A stretch of DNA of 45,446 nt from an uncultured Gammaproteobacteria bacterium (GCA_964553875.1 CAZKNH010000007.1:1-45446), one strand, 5' to 3'; shown: positions 9,555 to 18,502, counted from the first letter of the stretch. Translations and numbers: made by a program. Notes: generated by a model from the sequence alone, not told the origin.

Positions 9555-10091
9555 ATGCGCATCACATCGCCGCGATCGACCGCAAGTCTTCTGCTGACGA
9601 TCACTGCTTTCGCGGTGGCCGGTTGCTCCGATACCGCACCTTCGGGCACGTCGGGGAGCGCGGCCCGTGACCTCACGGCCGTCCGCGCGTGCGACCTGCT
9701 CACGCCGACGGACATCGAGATGGCCACGGGCATCGCCCCCGGAACGGGCGAGGACATGACGGAGCTCGACGGCCGGCTGCCGATGTGCAACTGGACACCT
9801 GCCACGGGCGGCTTCCGCCCGGTCGCCAATCTGCTGGTGACGACGTCGTCGTACACCGACTACGACGAGTTCGTGCGCATGGCGAACGACAATGCTTTTG
9901 GTATCGAGCTCGGGGAGTTCGAGCGCGTCGACGGCGTCGGCCGGTTCGGCGTGTGGCTCGCCGAGCTCGAGATGCTGCAAGTCTTCGACGACGACCTCAT
10001 GGTTCAGGTCGCGGTCGACGTCGCGGAGGATCGCGATCCGGTGGAAGCCGCCAAGGCGCTCGCGGAAGCCGTGCTCGGACACTTGCAGTGA
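9555..10091 (+). CDS. Hypothetical lipoprotein (DUF3558-like)
   Basis: Lipobox AVAG-C; ACDLLT..DI, CNW and VDGVG..G motifs. The longer track ORF from 8862 is a shadow of the TlpA-like gene. Confidence 0.7.
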   Translation: MRITSPRSTASLLLTITAFAVAGCSDTAPSGTSGSAARDLTAVRACDLLTPTDIEMATGIAPGTGEDMTELDGRLPMCNWTPATGGFRPVANLLVTTSSYTDYDEFVRMANDNAFGIELGEFERVDGVGRFGVWLAELEMLQVFDDDLMVQVAVDVAEDRDPVEAAKALAEAVLGHLQ

Positions 10092-10259
10092 CCGAGCGGC
10101 GGCTTCGGCCCAGGCCTCCCCTCCCCTGAACCGCGTCACGACGACAGCCACGCGACGGCAACGGTCGTGCTTCGCTGTCGGGACGATCGCGCCTCCGAGG
10201 TGGTGATGCGACGCGCTCGCGCCGTTATACTCGCTACGAGTTCCGGGGGGAGACTCGAC

Positions 10260-10652
10260 TTGAGCGACGACGCGACGCGCCGCGGCATCGAGATCCGGCG
10301 CGAAATTTTCGGTAAAGAAGTCACCGACCGGCAGATCGAGCAAGCGAACCGCTTCTTGAGGCCGATGCAGGACGTCGTCAGCCGCTACTGCTTCGGCGAG
10401 ACCTGGTCGCGCGAAGGGCTGACGCGCCGCGAGCGCAGCATGATCACGCTCGCCGCGCTCTGCGCGATGGGGCGCGCGCACGAGCTTCGGATCCACGTCA
10501 AAGGCGCGCTCGCGAACGGCGTCACGCCGCTCGAGATCCGCGAGCTCTTGCTGCACACCATGGTCTACGCCGGCATCCCGCTCGGCGTCGACGCGTTCCG
10601 CAACGCCGCGGAATCGCTCGCCGAGGAAGGCGTCGATCTCGACGCGATCTGA
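10260..10652 (+). CDS. Carboxymuconolactone decarboxylase (CMD) family protein
   Basis: TTG start after GGGGAG. Motifs RG..IRREIFG, FGETWSREGL, RSMITLAAL, EL..HVKGAL.NG, YAGIP. Confidence 0.88.
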   Translation: MSDDATRRGIEIRREIFGKEVTDRQIEQANRFLRPMQDVVSRYCFGETWSREGLTRRERSMITLAALCAMGRAHELRIHVKGALANGVTPLEIRELLLHTMVYAGIPLGVDAFRNAAESLAEEGVDLDAI

Positions 10653-10659
10653 CCGGCCG

Positions 10660-11589
10660 ATGACGAGCACACTCACCGTCGGTTTCGTCGGCGTCGGCCG
10701 GATGGGCTGGCCGATGGCCCGAAACATCGCCGCCGCGAGCTTTCCGACGTGGGTCTACGACGCGGACCGGGCACGTGCCGAGCGCTTCGCCGCCGAATGC
10801 GGCGGGCGCGCCGCGGCGAGCCTCGAAGTGCTCGGCGGCGCGGCCGATCTCGTCGTCACGATGCTGCCGACCGGCCGCGACGTTCGCAGCGTCGTCCTCG
10901 GCGGCGCCGACAGCCAGGGCCTCGTGTCCTCGCTCCGCGAAGGCACGATCGTAGTAGACATGAGCTCGTCCGATCCGCTCGGCACGCGCGAGCTCGGCGC
11001 CGCGCTCCGCGCGCGCGGCATCGCGCTGATCGACGCGCCGGTCTCTGGACTCGTCGCGAAGGCGGAAACCGGCACGCTCACGATCATGATCGGCACGGAC
11101 GACGAGGCCGCGCTCGCACGTGCCGAACCCGTGCTCCGCGTGCTCGGCGAGCGCCTCGTCCGCGTGGGCTCGCTCGGCTGCGGTCACGCGATGAAGGCGC
11201 TCAACAACGTCGTCGCCGCGACGGCATTCACGATCACGGCCGAGGCGCTGATCGTCGGCAAGCGCTTCGGGCTCGACCCGGCCGTGATGGTCGACGTGAT
11301 GAGCACGTCGACCGGTCGGAACTTCCACACGGAAGTGAGCTTCCCGGGCCATGTGCTGACTCGCCGCTTCGCGACCGGCTTCGCGCTCGGGCTCCTCGCG
11401 AAAGACGTCGCGATCGCGGCCGACCTTTCGGCCGCGCTCGGCACCGAGGCGCCCGTCATCGATCTCGTGAGCCGCCTCGCCGCCGAGGGCCGCGACGAGG
11501 TCGGCGCCGACGAGGACAACACCGCGATCGTCAAGCGCTGGGAGCGCCTGAACGGCGTCGTGCTGTCGAGCAGGGAACACGACGAATGA
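10660..11589 (+). CDS. NAD(P)-dependent beta-hydroxyacid dehydrogenase (3-hydroxyisobutyrate dehydrogenase family)
   Basis: GFVGVGRMG.PMA nucleotide-binding motif, DAPVSG, catalytic MKALNN, GFALGLL.KD. Confidence 0.92.
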   Translation: MTSTLTVGFVGVGRMGWPMARNIAAASFPTWVYDADRARAERFAAECGGRAAASLEVLGGAADLVVTMLPTGRDVRSVVLGGADSQGLVSSLREGTIVVDMSSSDPLGTRELGAALRARGIALIDAPVSGLVAKAETGTLTIMIGTDDEAALARAEPVLRVLGERLVRVGSLGCGHAMKALNNVVAATAFTITAEALIVGKRFGLDPAVMVDVMSTSTGRNFHTEVSFPGHVLTRRFATGFALGLLAKDVAIAADLSAALGTEAPVIDLVSRLAAEGRDEVGADEDNTAIVKRWERLNGVVLSSREHDE

Positions 11590-13262
11590 GCGCCACCGAC
11601 GCGGCCGCGGACGTCCTCGTCGCCGAGTCGACCGAGACCCGCAAGCTGCGCCGCGTCGTCTTCGGCACGTCCGCGGGGACGATCTTCGAGGCGTACGACT
11701 TCATCCTGTTCGGATCGCTCGCGCCGCTGATCTCGCGGCAGTTCTTCTCGGGCGTCAACGAGACGGCCGCGTTCATCTTCGCGCTCCTGACGTTCGCGGC
11801 CGGGTTCGCGGTGCGGCCGCTCGGCGCGCTCGTGTTCGGGCGGATCGGCGACCGCACGGGCCGCAAGAAGGCGTTCCTGATCACGATCACGATGATGGGG
11901 CTTGCGACGTTCGGCATCGGCATCCTGCCGACGTACGCGACGGCCGGCATTCTCGCGCCGATCCTGCTGATCGCGCTCCGCATAGTGCAGGGGCTCGCGT
12001 ACGGCGGCGAGTACGGCGGCGCGGTCGTTTATACGGCCGAGCATGCGCCGCAGCATCGGCGCGGGCTCTACGTCGGCTGGATCCAGACGGCGGCGGGGTT
12101 CGCGCTCTTCATGTCGTTCCTCGTGATCTACGTGACGCGCACGATCGTCGGCGAAGACGCGTTCGAGGCATGGGGCTGGCGCGTCCCGTTCCTGATCTCG
12201 ATCGGGCTCCTCGTGATCTCGCTGTGGATCCGCCTGACGCTCGAGGAGTCGCCGATGTTCCGCAAGATGATCGAGGAAGGCCGGCAGTCGAAGGCGCCGC
12301 TACGGGAGGCGTTTCTCGAGTGGCGGCACCTGAAGCTCGTGCTGATCGTGCTGTTCGCGCTGATGGCGGTCCAGGGCGTGCTCTTCTACACGGCGCACTT
12401 CTACTCGCAGTTCTTCCTGACGCAGATCCTGAAGGTCGAAGGCCAGGTCGTGACCTTCGTGATGATGGTCGTGACCGCGATCAGCGTATTCCTGTATCTC
12501 CTGTTCAGCTGGCTGTCCGACCGCATCGGGCGCAAGCCCGTGATCCTCGCTGGCGGCATCCTGTCGGTGCTGACGGCGTTCCCGATGTTTCATGCGCTGA
12601 CCGATGCGGCGAACCCCGCGTTCGCTGCGGCGCGGCTGAATGCGCCCGTCACCGTCGTCGCGGATCCCGCGGAATGCTCGGTGCAATTCGATCCGGTGGG
12701 TCAGGCGGATTTCGTGTCGTCGTGCGACATCGCGAAGAGCGCGCTCGCAACGCGCGGCGTGAGCTATTCGAACGAGGCCGCGCCGGCCGGCGCGCGAGCC
12801 GTGATTCTCGTCGGCGGCGAGCGGCTTCCGAGCGTCGACGGGCTCGCCCTCGGTGCCGCGGAGCTCGAGCAGGCCCGCTCGGAGTTCGACGCGCGGCTCA
12901 AGACGCTGCTCGAGGCGGCAGGCTACCCGTCCGCGGCGGATCCGGCCGCGGTCAACGTGCCGCTCGTGACGCTTCTGATCCTGTTGATGGTCACGTTCGC
13001 CGTGATGGTCTACGCGCCGATGGCCGCGATGGCGATCGAGGTGTTCCCGACGCGGATCCGTTACTCTGCGCTGTCGCTGCCGTATCACATCGGCTCGGGC
13101 TGGTTCGGCGGCTTCCTGCCCGCGATCGCGTTCGCGATGGTCGCCGCGACCGGCGACATCTACTTCGGCCTCTGGTATCCGGTGATCGTCACGGCGTTCG
13201 GCGTGCTCGTCCTCGCGTTCCTGCTGCCGGAGACGCGGCACCGCGACATCCACCGCTTGTAG
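11586..13262 (+). CDS. MFS transporter, metabolite:H+ symporter (MHS) family
   Basis: ATGA overlap. Motifs FE.YDF, RPLGALVFGRIGDR.GRK, QGLA.GGEYGGA, ESPMF, SDRIGRK, E.FPTRIRY, PET. Confidence 0.93.
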   Translation: MSATDAAADVLVAESTETRKLRRVVFGTSAGTIFEAYDFILFGSLAPLISRQFFSGVNETAAFIFALLTFAAGFAVRPLGALVFGRIGDRTGRKKAFLITITMMGLATFGIGILPTYATAGILAPILLIALRIVQGLAYGGEYGGAVVYTAEHAPQHRRGLYVGWIQTAAGFALFMSFLVIYVTRTIVGEDAFEAWGWRVPFLISIGLLVISLWIRLTLEESPMFRKMIEEGRQSKAPLREAFLEWRHLKLVLIVLFALMAVQGVLFYTAHFYSQFFLTQILKVEGQVVTFVMMVVTAISVFLYLLFSWLSDRIGRKPVILAGGILSVLTAFPMFHALTDAANPAFAAARLNAPVTVVADPAECSVQFDPVGQADFVSSCDIAKSALATRGVSYSNEAAPAGARAVILVGGERLPSVDGLALGAAELEQARSEFDARLKTLLEAAGYPSAADPAAVNVPLVTLLILLMVTFAVMVYAPMAAMAIEVFPTRIRYSALSLPYHIGSGWFGGFLPAIAFAMVAATGDIYFGLWYPVIVTAFGVLVLAFLLPETRHRDIHRL

Positions 13263-13487
13263 GAAAATCGGGGTCAGAGCCCGATTCTTTCCGACCGTGG
13301 CGACAGGTGTCTGCCACTCCCTCCGTCGGAAAAGAAAAACCGCCTGACTTTGGACCCGGTCGTTGGAGCGAAGGCGATTTTCGCCGAAAAACGGGGTCTG
13401 ACCCCGATTTATAAGAAACAGGGTCTGACCCCGATTTTCAGAAACGGGGTCTGACCCCGATTTTCCACCCCGATTTTCCGATTTTTC
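13262..13487. repeat. REP/REPIN-like cluster of GGGGTC(A/T)GACCCC palindromes
   Basis: AAAATCGGGGTCAGA at 13264 is the reverse complement of TCTGACCCCGATTTT at 13424 and 13450. Three tandem AAAC(G/A)GGGTCTGACCCCGATTT copies at about 13389, 13416 and 13442, then degenerate tails. Confidence 0.75.
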
Positions 13488-13490
13488 GGT

Positions 13491-13506
13491 TGGTGTCGAT
13501 CTTGCA
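13491..13506 (+). promoter_or_regulatory. Putative sigma54 (-24/-12) promoter of chaB
   Basis: TGGTGTCGATCTTGCA has GG-N10-GC spacing with TTGCA, 35 bp upstream of the ATG. Confidence 0.55.
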
Positions 13507-13541
13507 TTCCGACCGTGCAGTCACGGTCGGAGGTCAAGACG

Positions 13542-13916
13542 ATGCCGACGAAACAGCGAGCCGAGGAAACGGAGATCCCCGCGACGATCCTGCGCTCGGA
13601 CAAGCACGCGCAACGCCTCTGGAAGAAGGCGCACGACAGCGCCGTCGAGACCTACGGCGAAGGCGGCCGTGCGCATCGCGTCGCGTACGCGGCGCTCAAG
13701 CACGTGTACGAGAAACGCGGCGACAAGTGGGTCAAGAAAGACCGGGAAGGACCGTCCGATCCGCAGGCCGCGCGCGGACCGACGACGAAGCGCAAGTCGA
13801 CGGACGAGCCCGCCGCGCCCACCGCGCGGGGCAAGGTCGCGAAGAGCGCTGCGGACGCGAAGGCAAAGGCGAAGCAGGCGCGCCGCGAAGACGCAAAGGC
13901 GCGCCGGGCGCACTGA
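13542..13916 (+). CDS. chaB: ChaB family protein
   Basis: P.T..RS..HAQ..W.KAHDSAVETYG...RAHRVAYAALKH.YEK.GDKW; RBS GGAGG. Confidence 0.88.
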   Translation: MPTKQRAEETEIPATILRSDKHAQRLWKKAHDSAVETYGEGGRAHRVAYAALKHVYEKRGDKWVKKDREGPSDPQAARGPTTKRKSTDEPAAPTARGKVAKSAADAKAKAKQARREDAKARRAH

Positions 13917-13932
13917 GCGGGCCGGATCCGCG

Positions 13933-14955
13933 TCAGACGGAGAGCGGCGTCTCGAACCGTCCGTCGATGTACCGCGCGTGCCGTCCGGCATCGGCCGGCA
14001 GCACGTGATCGTCGCTCGGCCACGGCCAGCCGCCGAACCCGGTCGCCTGATAATCGAAGAACGCCTGCTGCAGCTCCGCCTGCGTGTTCATCACGAACGG
14101 GCCGTACTGCGCGACCGGCTCGCCGATCGGCCGACCCTGCAACAGCAAAAGCTCCCCTTCGATCGCGCCGTTGACGAGCGTGATCTCGCGGTCGGGCCGC
14201 ACTTGCACGACGGTGCTCACCGGGATCGGCTCGCCGTCGACATGGATCGCGGAGCCGACGAAGAAGTAGAGCAGACGGTTCGAGCCCGCGGCGGCCGCGG
14301 GAAGCGTCCACTGCGCGTCGGGCGCCATCTTGATCGTCCAGATCGCGACGTCGTTCGCCGGATCCGCGGCCCACGACCTCGGCGGCGGCGCGGGCGGCTC
14401 GGCGTCCTCGAGACGGCCCGCGGCGATCATGATCTCGGTGCGGCGCCCTCTCGCATCCTCGAACGTCCGCCGCGGCACGGACTCGCTCCAGAACATCGCG
14501 AAGTACGGGTCCGCGAACTTGTCCCGGCTCGGCAGATTCAGCCAGATCTGGAACAGCTCGAGCGGATTCGGATTGTTCCGATCGAGCAGCGGGAACATCT
14601 CCGCGTGCACGATGCCCTTCCCCGCCGTGATCCACTGCACGTCGCCCGGCCCGAACCGTGCGGCCGCGCCGAGCGAGTCCGAGTGATCCGTGAAGCCCCG
14701 GCGCATGATCGTCACGGTCTCGAAGCCGCGATGCGGATGTCGCGGGAAGCCGGGTACGACCTCGCCGTGATACATCCGCCAGCCGTCCTTGCCTTCGAAA
14801 TCCTGGCCGATGTTTCGGCCCGCGAGCGATGCCGCCGGACCCAGCCGCTCGTTGCCGGCCGGATAGGCGTCGTTGTGATAGGCGCAGAACAGGAACGGGT
14901 CGAGGCACGGCCAAGGGAAGCCGAGGCGCCCCATCCCCAGGATCGCATCGCTCAT
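13933..14955 (-). CDS. Pirin family protein
   Basis: DPFLFC, GFP.HPHRGFETVT, HSDSLG, VQW.TAG.GIVH.E, QIWLNLP, EPVAQYGPFVMN; RBS GGAGGT. Confidence 0.95.
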   Translation of the reverse strand: MSDAILGMGRLGFPWPCLDPFLFCAYHNDAYPAGNERLGPAASLAGRNIGQDFEGKDGWRMYHGEVVPGFPRHPHRGFETVTIMRRGFTDHSDSLGAAARFGPGDVQWITAGKGIVHAEMFPLLDRNNPNPLELFQIWLNLPSRDKFADPYFAMFWSESVPRRTFEDARGRRTEIMIAAGRLEDAEPPAPPPRSWAADPANDVAIWTIKMAPDAQWTLPAAAAGSNRLLYFFVGSAIHVDGEPIPVSTVVQVRPDREITLVNGAIEGELLLLQGRPIGEPVAQYGPFVMNTQAELQQAFFDYQATGFGGWPWPSDDHVLPADAGRHARYIDGRFETPLSV

Positions 14956-15040
14956 ATCGAAACCTCCGGAATGCGGGCTCGTATGTCCCGCTCGACGGCG
15001 CGTATCGTACGGCGAAACCACGCCGCCGACACGCTTTCAG

Positions 15041-15097
15041 CGGAAAAATGTGTCAGACGCGATTTTCGTCGACAATCGTGTCTGACACATTTTTCCG
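15041..15097. repeat. Long inverted repeat with GTC(A/T)GAC cores (second member of the REP-like family)
   Basis: CGGAAAAATGTGTCAGACGCGATT-N9-AATCGTGTCTGACACATTTTTCCG, between the divergent pirin and sirtuin genes. Confidence 0.7.
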
Positions 15098-15106
15098 GCT
15101 GCATGG

Positions 15107-15931
15107 ATGAGCATTGCCGACCTCGAGCGCTTCATCTCGGACCATCGCCGGCTCTTCGTGCTGACGGGCGCGGGCTGCAGCACCGAGTCCGGCATTCCGG
15201 ACTACCGGGACGCAGACGGCGCGTGGAAGCGCACTGGACCGATGACGTTCCAGACGTTCGTCGGCGATGCCCACGCCCGGCAACGCTATTGGGCACGGAG
15301 CCTCGTCGGCTGGCCGCGCTTTCGCCGCGCGCGCCCGAACGGCGCGCACGCCGCGCTCGCGCGTCTCGAGGCCGATGACCGCATCGAGCTCGTCGTCACG
15401 CAGAACGTCGACGGGCTCCACCAGGCCGCCGGCCAGCGCCGGGTGATCGACCTGCACGGAAGGCTCGACACGGTCCGCTGCATGACCTGCGGGCGCACGC
15501 GGTCGCGCGATCTGCTGCAGCACGAGCTCCTCGAGCGTAATCCGCAATTCGCGGGTCTTGCCGCGGAGGACGCACCGGACGGTGACGCGGACCTCGACGG
15601 CGTCGACTTCTCGACGTTCGACGTGCCGGCCTGCGACTGCGGCGGAATCCTCAAACCGGACGTCGTGTTCTTCGGCGAGAGCGTGCCGCGCGAGCGCGTC
15701 GCGGCCGCAATGGATGCGCTCGCCGGCGCCGACGCGATGCTCGTGATCGGCTCGTCGCTGATGGTCTATTCGGGCTTCCGTTTCGCGCGAGCCGCCGCCG
15801 AGGCCGGCAAGCCCATCGCCGCGCTCAATATCGGGCGCACGCGGGCGGACCACCTGCTCTCGCTGAAAGTCTCTGCGTCATGCGCGCAGGCGCTCGCGTT
15901 CGTGCTCGACGCGGAGCCGTCCTCTGCTTGA
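15107..15931 (+). CDS. NAD-dependent protein deacylase, Sir2 family (class II/SIRT4-like)
   Basis: LTGAGCSTESGIPDYR, RQRYWARS, TQNVDGLH, LHG, Zn-binding Cys pairs, LKPDVVFFGE, GSSLMVYSG. Confidence 0.95.
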   Translation: MSIADLERFISDHRRLFVLTGAGCSTESGIPDYRDADGAWKRTGPMTFQTFVGDAHARQRYWARSLVGWPRFRRARPNGAHAALARLEADDRIELVVTQNVDGLHQAAGQRRVIDLHGRLDTVRCMTCGRTRSRDLLQHELLERNPQFAGLAAEDAPDGDADLDGVDFSTFDVPACDCGGILKPDVVFFGESVPRERVAAAMDALAGADAMLVIGSSLMVYSGFRFARAAAEAGKPIAALNIGRTRADHLLSLKVSASCAQALAFVLDAEPSSA

Positions 15932-15939
15932 GCTCCGGT

Positions 15940-15993
15940 CGTGCGCGAAGCCCGATCCGTGCGCGACTCCGAGTCCGTGCCCGAGCCTCAGTC
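15940..15993. repeat. Three degenerate 18-bp tandem repeats spanning the TetR stop codon
   Basis: CGTGCGCGAAGCCCGATC / CGTGCGCGACTCCGAGTC / CGTGCCCGAGCCTCAGTC. Confidence 0.5.
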
Positions 15994-16674
15994 CGCGGCG
16001 CCCGCGGCCGTCTGCGCGGCACCCTTCCTCGCGCGCTTCTTCGGCTTCACGATCTCGTCGTAGCCCGACACGAGCCGAAATGCCCGCGTCAGGTTGTCGA
16101 CGAACTCCGTCTGCCCCATGAAGATCGGCCCCGGACGGTTGATGATCGTGTTGTTGATGATGCCGAGCGCGATTTGCACGGCGAACCGCACGTTCATTTC
16201 CTCCGGCTTCGTCAGCGCGCGCCCCGCCTCCTGCTCGATCCGCTTGACGCACAACGTCGCGAACTCGTGTCCCTGCTCGCGGATCGGCTGCCAGAACTCC
16301 GAATCGTGAATGCTGCGGATCAGGGCGGCGCGCCAGAAGCGCCGCCGCCGCCAGTAATAGTTCACGGCCTCCTCGATCACCGCTCGAATCCATGCGTCGC
16401 CTTCGACGCTCGCGAAGAGGCGTTCGCGAGTCCGGCGGCGATCGACGAGGTGGTGGGCGATCAGCGCGTCGAAAAACTCGTCCTTGCTCTTGAAGCGCGC
16501 GTAGAACGCGCCGACGGAGTAACCGGCCGCCTGCGCGAGCTCCGCGACGGTGATCGCCTCGAACTCGCGGTGCGCGAGCAGCTTGAAGCCGGTCGCAATC
16601 AACGCATCGTAGGTTTTGTGTCCCCGCTTCTGCTTGATCCGCTCGCGTCCCGGGGCCGCGGTCGCTTGACTCAT
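15988..16674 (-). CDS. TetR/AcrR family transcriptional regulator
   Basis: Q.RG..T..ALI..G...ITVAELAQAAGYSVGAFYARFKSKDEF helix-turn-helix. Confidence 0.93.
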   Translation of the reverse strand: MSQATAAPGRERIKQKRGHKTYDALIATGFKLLAHREFEAITVAELAQAAGYSVGAFYARFKSKDEFFDALIAHHLVDRRRTRERLFASVEGDAWIRAVIEEAVNYYWRRRRFWRAALIRSIHDSEFWQPIREQGHEFATLCVKRIEQEAGRALTKPEEMNVRFAVQIALGIINNTIINRPGPIFMGQTEFVDNLTRAFRLVSGYDEIVKPKKRARKGAAQTAAGAAD

Positions 16675-16679
16675 AAATC

Positions 16680-16693
16680 AGAATCCCTATTCT
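16680..16693. promoter_or_regulatory. Putative TetR operator AGAAT-N4-ATTCT
   Basis: AT-rich palindrome immediately upstream of the tetR start, in the divergent tetR/sulfatase region. Confidence 0.35.
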
Positions 16694-16804
16694 CTTTCTC
16701 TTCCGAATCCAGCGCCGCGAATCCCTCCGGTGAAGTGCCGGCATTGTATACCGTCGGCGCGGCGGCGAAGCGCCGCTCTGCGGCACGATCGAACGAGGTG
16801 AAGC

Positions 16805-18502
16805 GTGATCCCGATCCGATGGTTTCTGATCCCGGTCGTTGCGCTGCTCGCGGCGGGCTGCACGGGCGGCGAGCCGGCCGCACGGGCGGGGCCCCAAGCG
16901 GACGGATCCGCGGAAGGTTCGGGGAGCCCACCTCCCGGCGAGCGACGGAGCGATACGCGGCCGAACATCGTGCTGATCGTCGCGGACGATCTCGGCTACT
17001 CCGATCTCGGCATCTTCGGCGGCGAGATCCCGACGCCGAACCTCGACGCGCTCGCGAAAGCCGGCATGATGCTCACGCAGTTCTACGCGAACATGACGTG
17101 CTCGCCGACCCGCGCGATGCTCTTCTCCGGCACGGACAGCCATGTCGCCGGCCTCGGCGTGATGGGCACGCCGAGAAACGACGCGCAGCGGGGTCAACCC
17201 GGCTACGAGGGATACCTCAACTTTCGGGTCGCGAGCCTCGCCGAGCTTCTGCGCGATGCAGGCTACCGCACGTACATGACCGGCAAATGGCACCTCGGCA
17301 CCGAGGTCGAGACGGGCCCGGCCGCACGCGGGTTCGACCGGTCGTTCGTGTCGCTCGACGGCGCCGCGCATCTCGGCGGGCTCTCGTGGAACGGGCCGGG
17401 CCTTGCGCCCTATCGCGATGGCGACGAGCTCGTGAACGTCGGCGACGACTTCTACACGACGCGCTTCTACACCGAGCGGATGATCGATTACATCGAGAGC
17501 GACCGGGGCGACGACGCGCCGTTCTTCGCGTATCTCGCGTACACGGCGCCGCACTGGCCGCTCCAGGCGCCGCCCGAGTCGATCGCGAAGTTTGCCGGCT
17601 GGTACGACGACGGTTACGAGACGCTCTATCTGAACCGGCTCGAGCGCGCGCGTGCGCTCGGCCTCGTGCCGCCCGACTTCGCCGGCATCCCGCCGATCGA
17701 AGGGCAGCCGCGCTGGGAGGAGCTCTCCGACGAGGAACGCCGGATCGAAGCCCGCAAGATGGAGATCTATGCGGCGATGGTCAGCGACCTCGACGCATAC
17801 ATCGGCCGCTTCGTCGCGTACCTCGAGTCGATCGGCGAGCTCGATGACACGTTCATCTTCTTCATGTCCGACAACGGCCCGGAAGGCCTGCGCCGGGACC
17901 TGAACCCGCCGTTGAGCGACTGGGTCGCGGCATGCTGCGACAACTCGTACGAGAACCTGGGCAGAGGCGACTCGTACGTGATGTACGGCCCGAACTGGGC
18001 GCGCGCGGGATCCGTTCCGTTCCGCGATGCGAAGGCGACGGCGTTCGAAGGCGGCATCCGCGTGCCCGCATTCGCGGTCTGGCCCGGCGTCGTCCCGGCC
18101 GGCACGCGCAGCGATGCGTTCGGCACCGTGATGGATCTCCTGCCGACGTTCCTCGAGCTCGCAGGCACGTCGCCCCCAGGCACGACGTACCGCGGCGAGC
18201 CCGTCGCGCCGCCGCGCGGCGCGTCGCTGCTGCCGCTCCTGCGCGGGGACGCCGATGCGGTGCACGGTCCGGACTACTGGGTCGGCTGGGAGCTCTACGG
18301 CCACCGCGCCGTGCGCCGCGGCGACTGGAAGATCGTCTGGGATCCGCGCGAAGGCGAAAGTGCCGCGTGGAAGCTCTTCAATATCGCCGAGGATCCGGGC
18401 GAGCAGCACGACCTCGCCGGCGCCGAGCCCGCGGTTCTGCGCGAGCTCGAGGCCCTGTGGGAGCGCTACGTGCGCGAAAACGGCGTGATCCTCGTCGAGT
18501 GA
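16805..18502 (+). CDS. Arylsulfatase (formylglycine-dependent, AtsA-like), predicted lipoprotein
   Basis: RPNIVLIVADDLG, CSPTR signature, GKWHLG, TAPHWPLQAP, SDNG, EGGIRVP; lipobox LAAG-C. Confidence 0.95.
   Translation: MIPIRWFLIPVVALLAAGCTGGEPAARAGPQADGSAEGSGSPPPGERRSDTRPNIVLIVADDLGYSDLGIFGGEIPTPNLDALAKAGMMLTQFYANMTCSPTRAMLFSGTDSHVAGLGVMGTPRNDAQRGQPGYEGYLNFRVASLAELLRDAGYRTYMTGKWHLGTEVETGPAARGFDRSFVSLDGAAHLGGLSWNGPGLAPYRDGDELVNVGDDFYTTRFYTERMIDYIESDRGDDAPFFAYLAYTAPHWPLQAPPESIAKFAGWYDDGYETLYLNRLERARALGLVPPDFAGIPPIEGQPRWEELSDEERRIEARKMEIYAAMVSDLDAYIGRFVAYLESIGELDDTFIFFMSDNGPEGLRRDLNPPLSDWVAACCDNSYENLGRGDSYVMYGPNWARAGSVPFRDAKATAFEGGIRVPAFAVWPGVVPAGTRSDAFGTVMDLLPTFLELAGTSPPGTTYRGEPVAPPRGASLLPLLRGDADAVHGPDYWVGWELYGHRAVRRGDWKIVWDPREGESAAWKLFNIAEDPGEQHDLAGAEPAVLRELEALWERYVRENGVILVE

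Noticed and set aside
13389-13464. Three palindromic direct repeats as a mini-CRISPR array
   Set aside because: Only 3-5 nt separate the units, so there are no spacers, and no cas genes are present.
15107-15931. Sir2 protein as an anti-phage defence NADase (Thoeris/DSR type)
   Set aside because: It is a typical stand-alone Zn-binding class II sirtuin with no defence partner genes.
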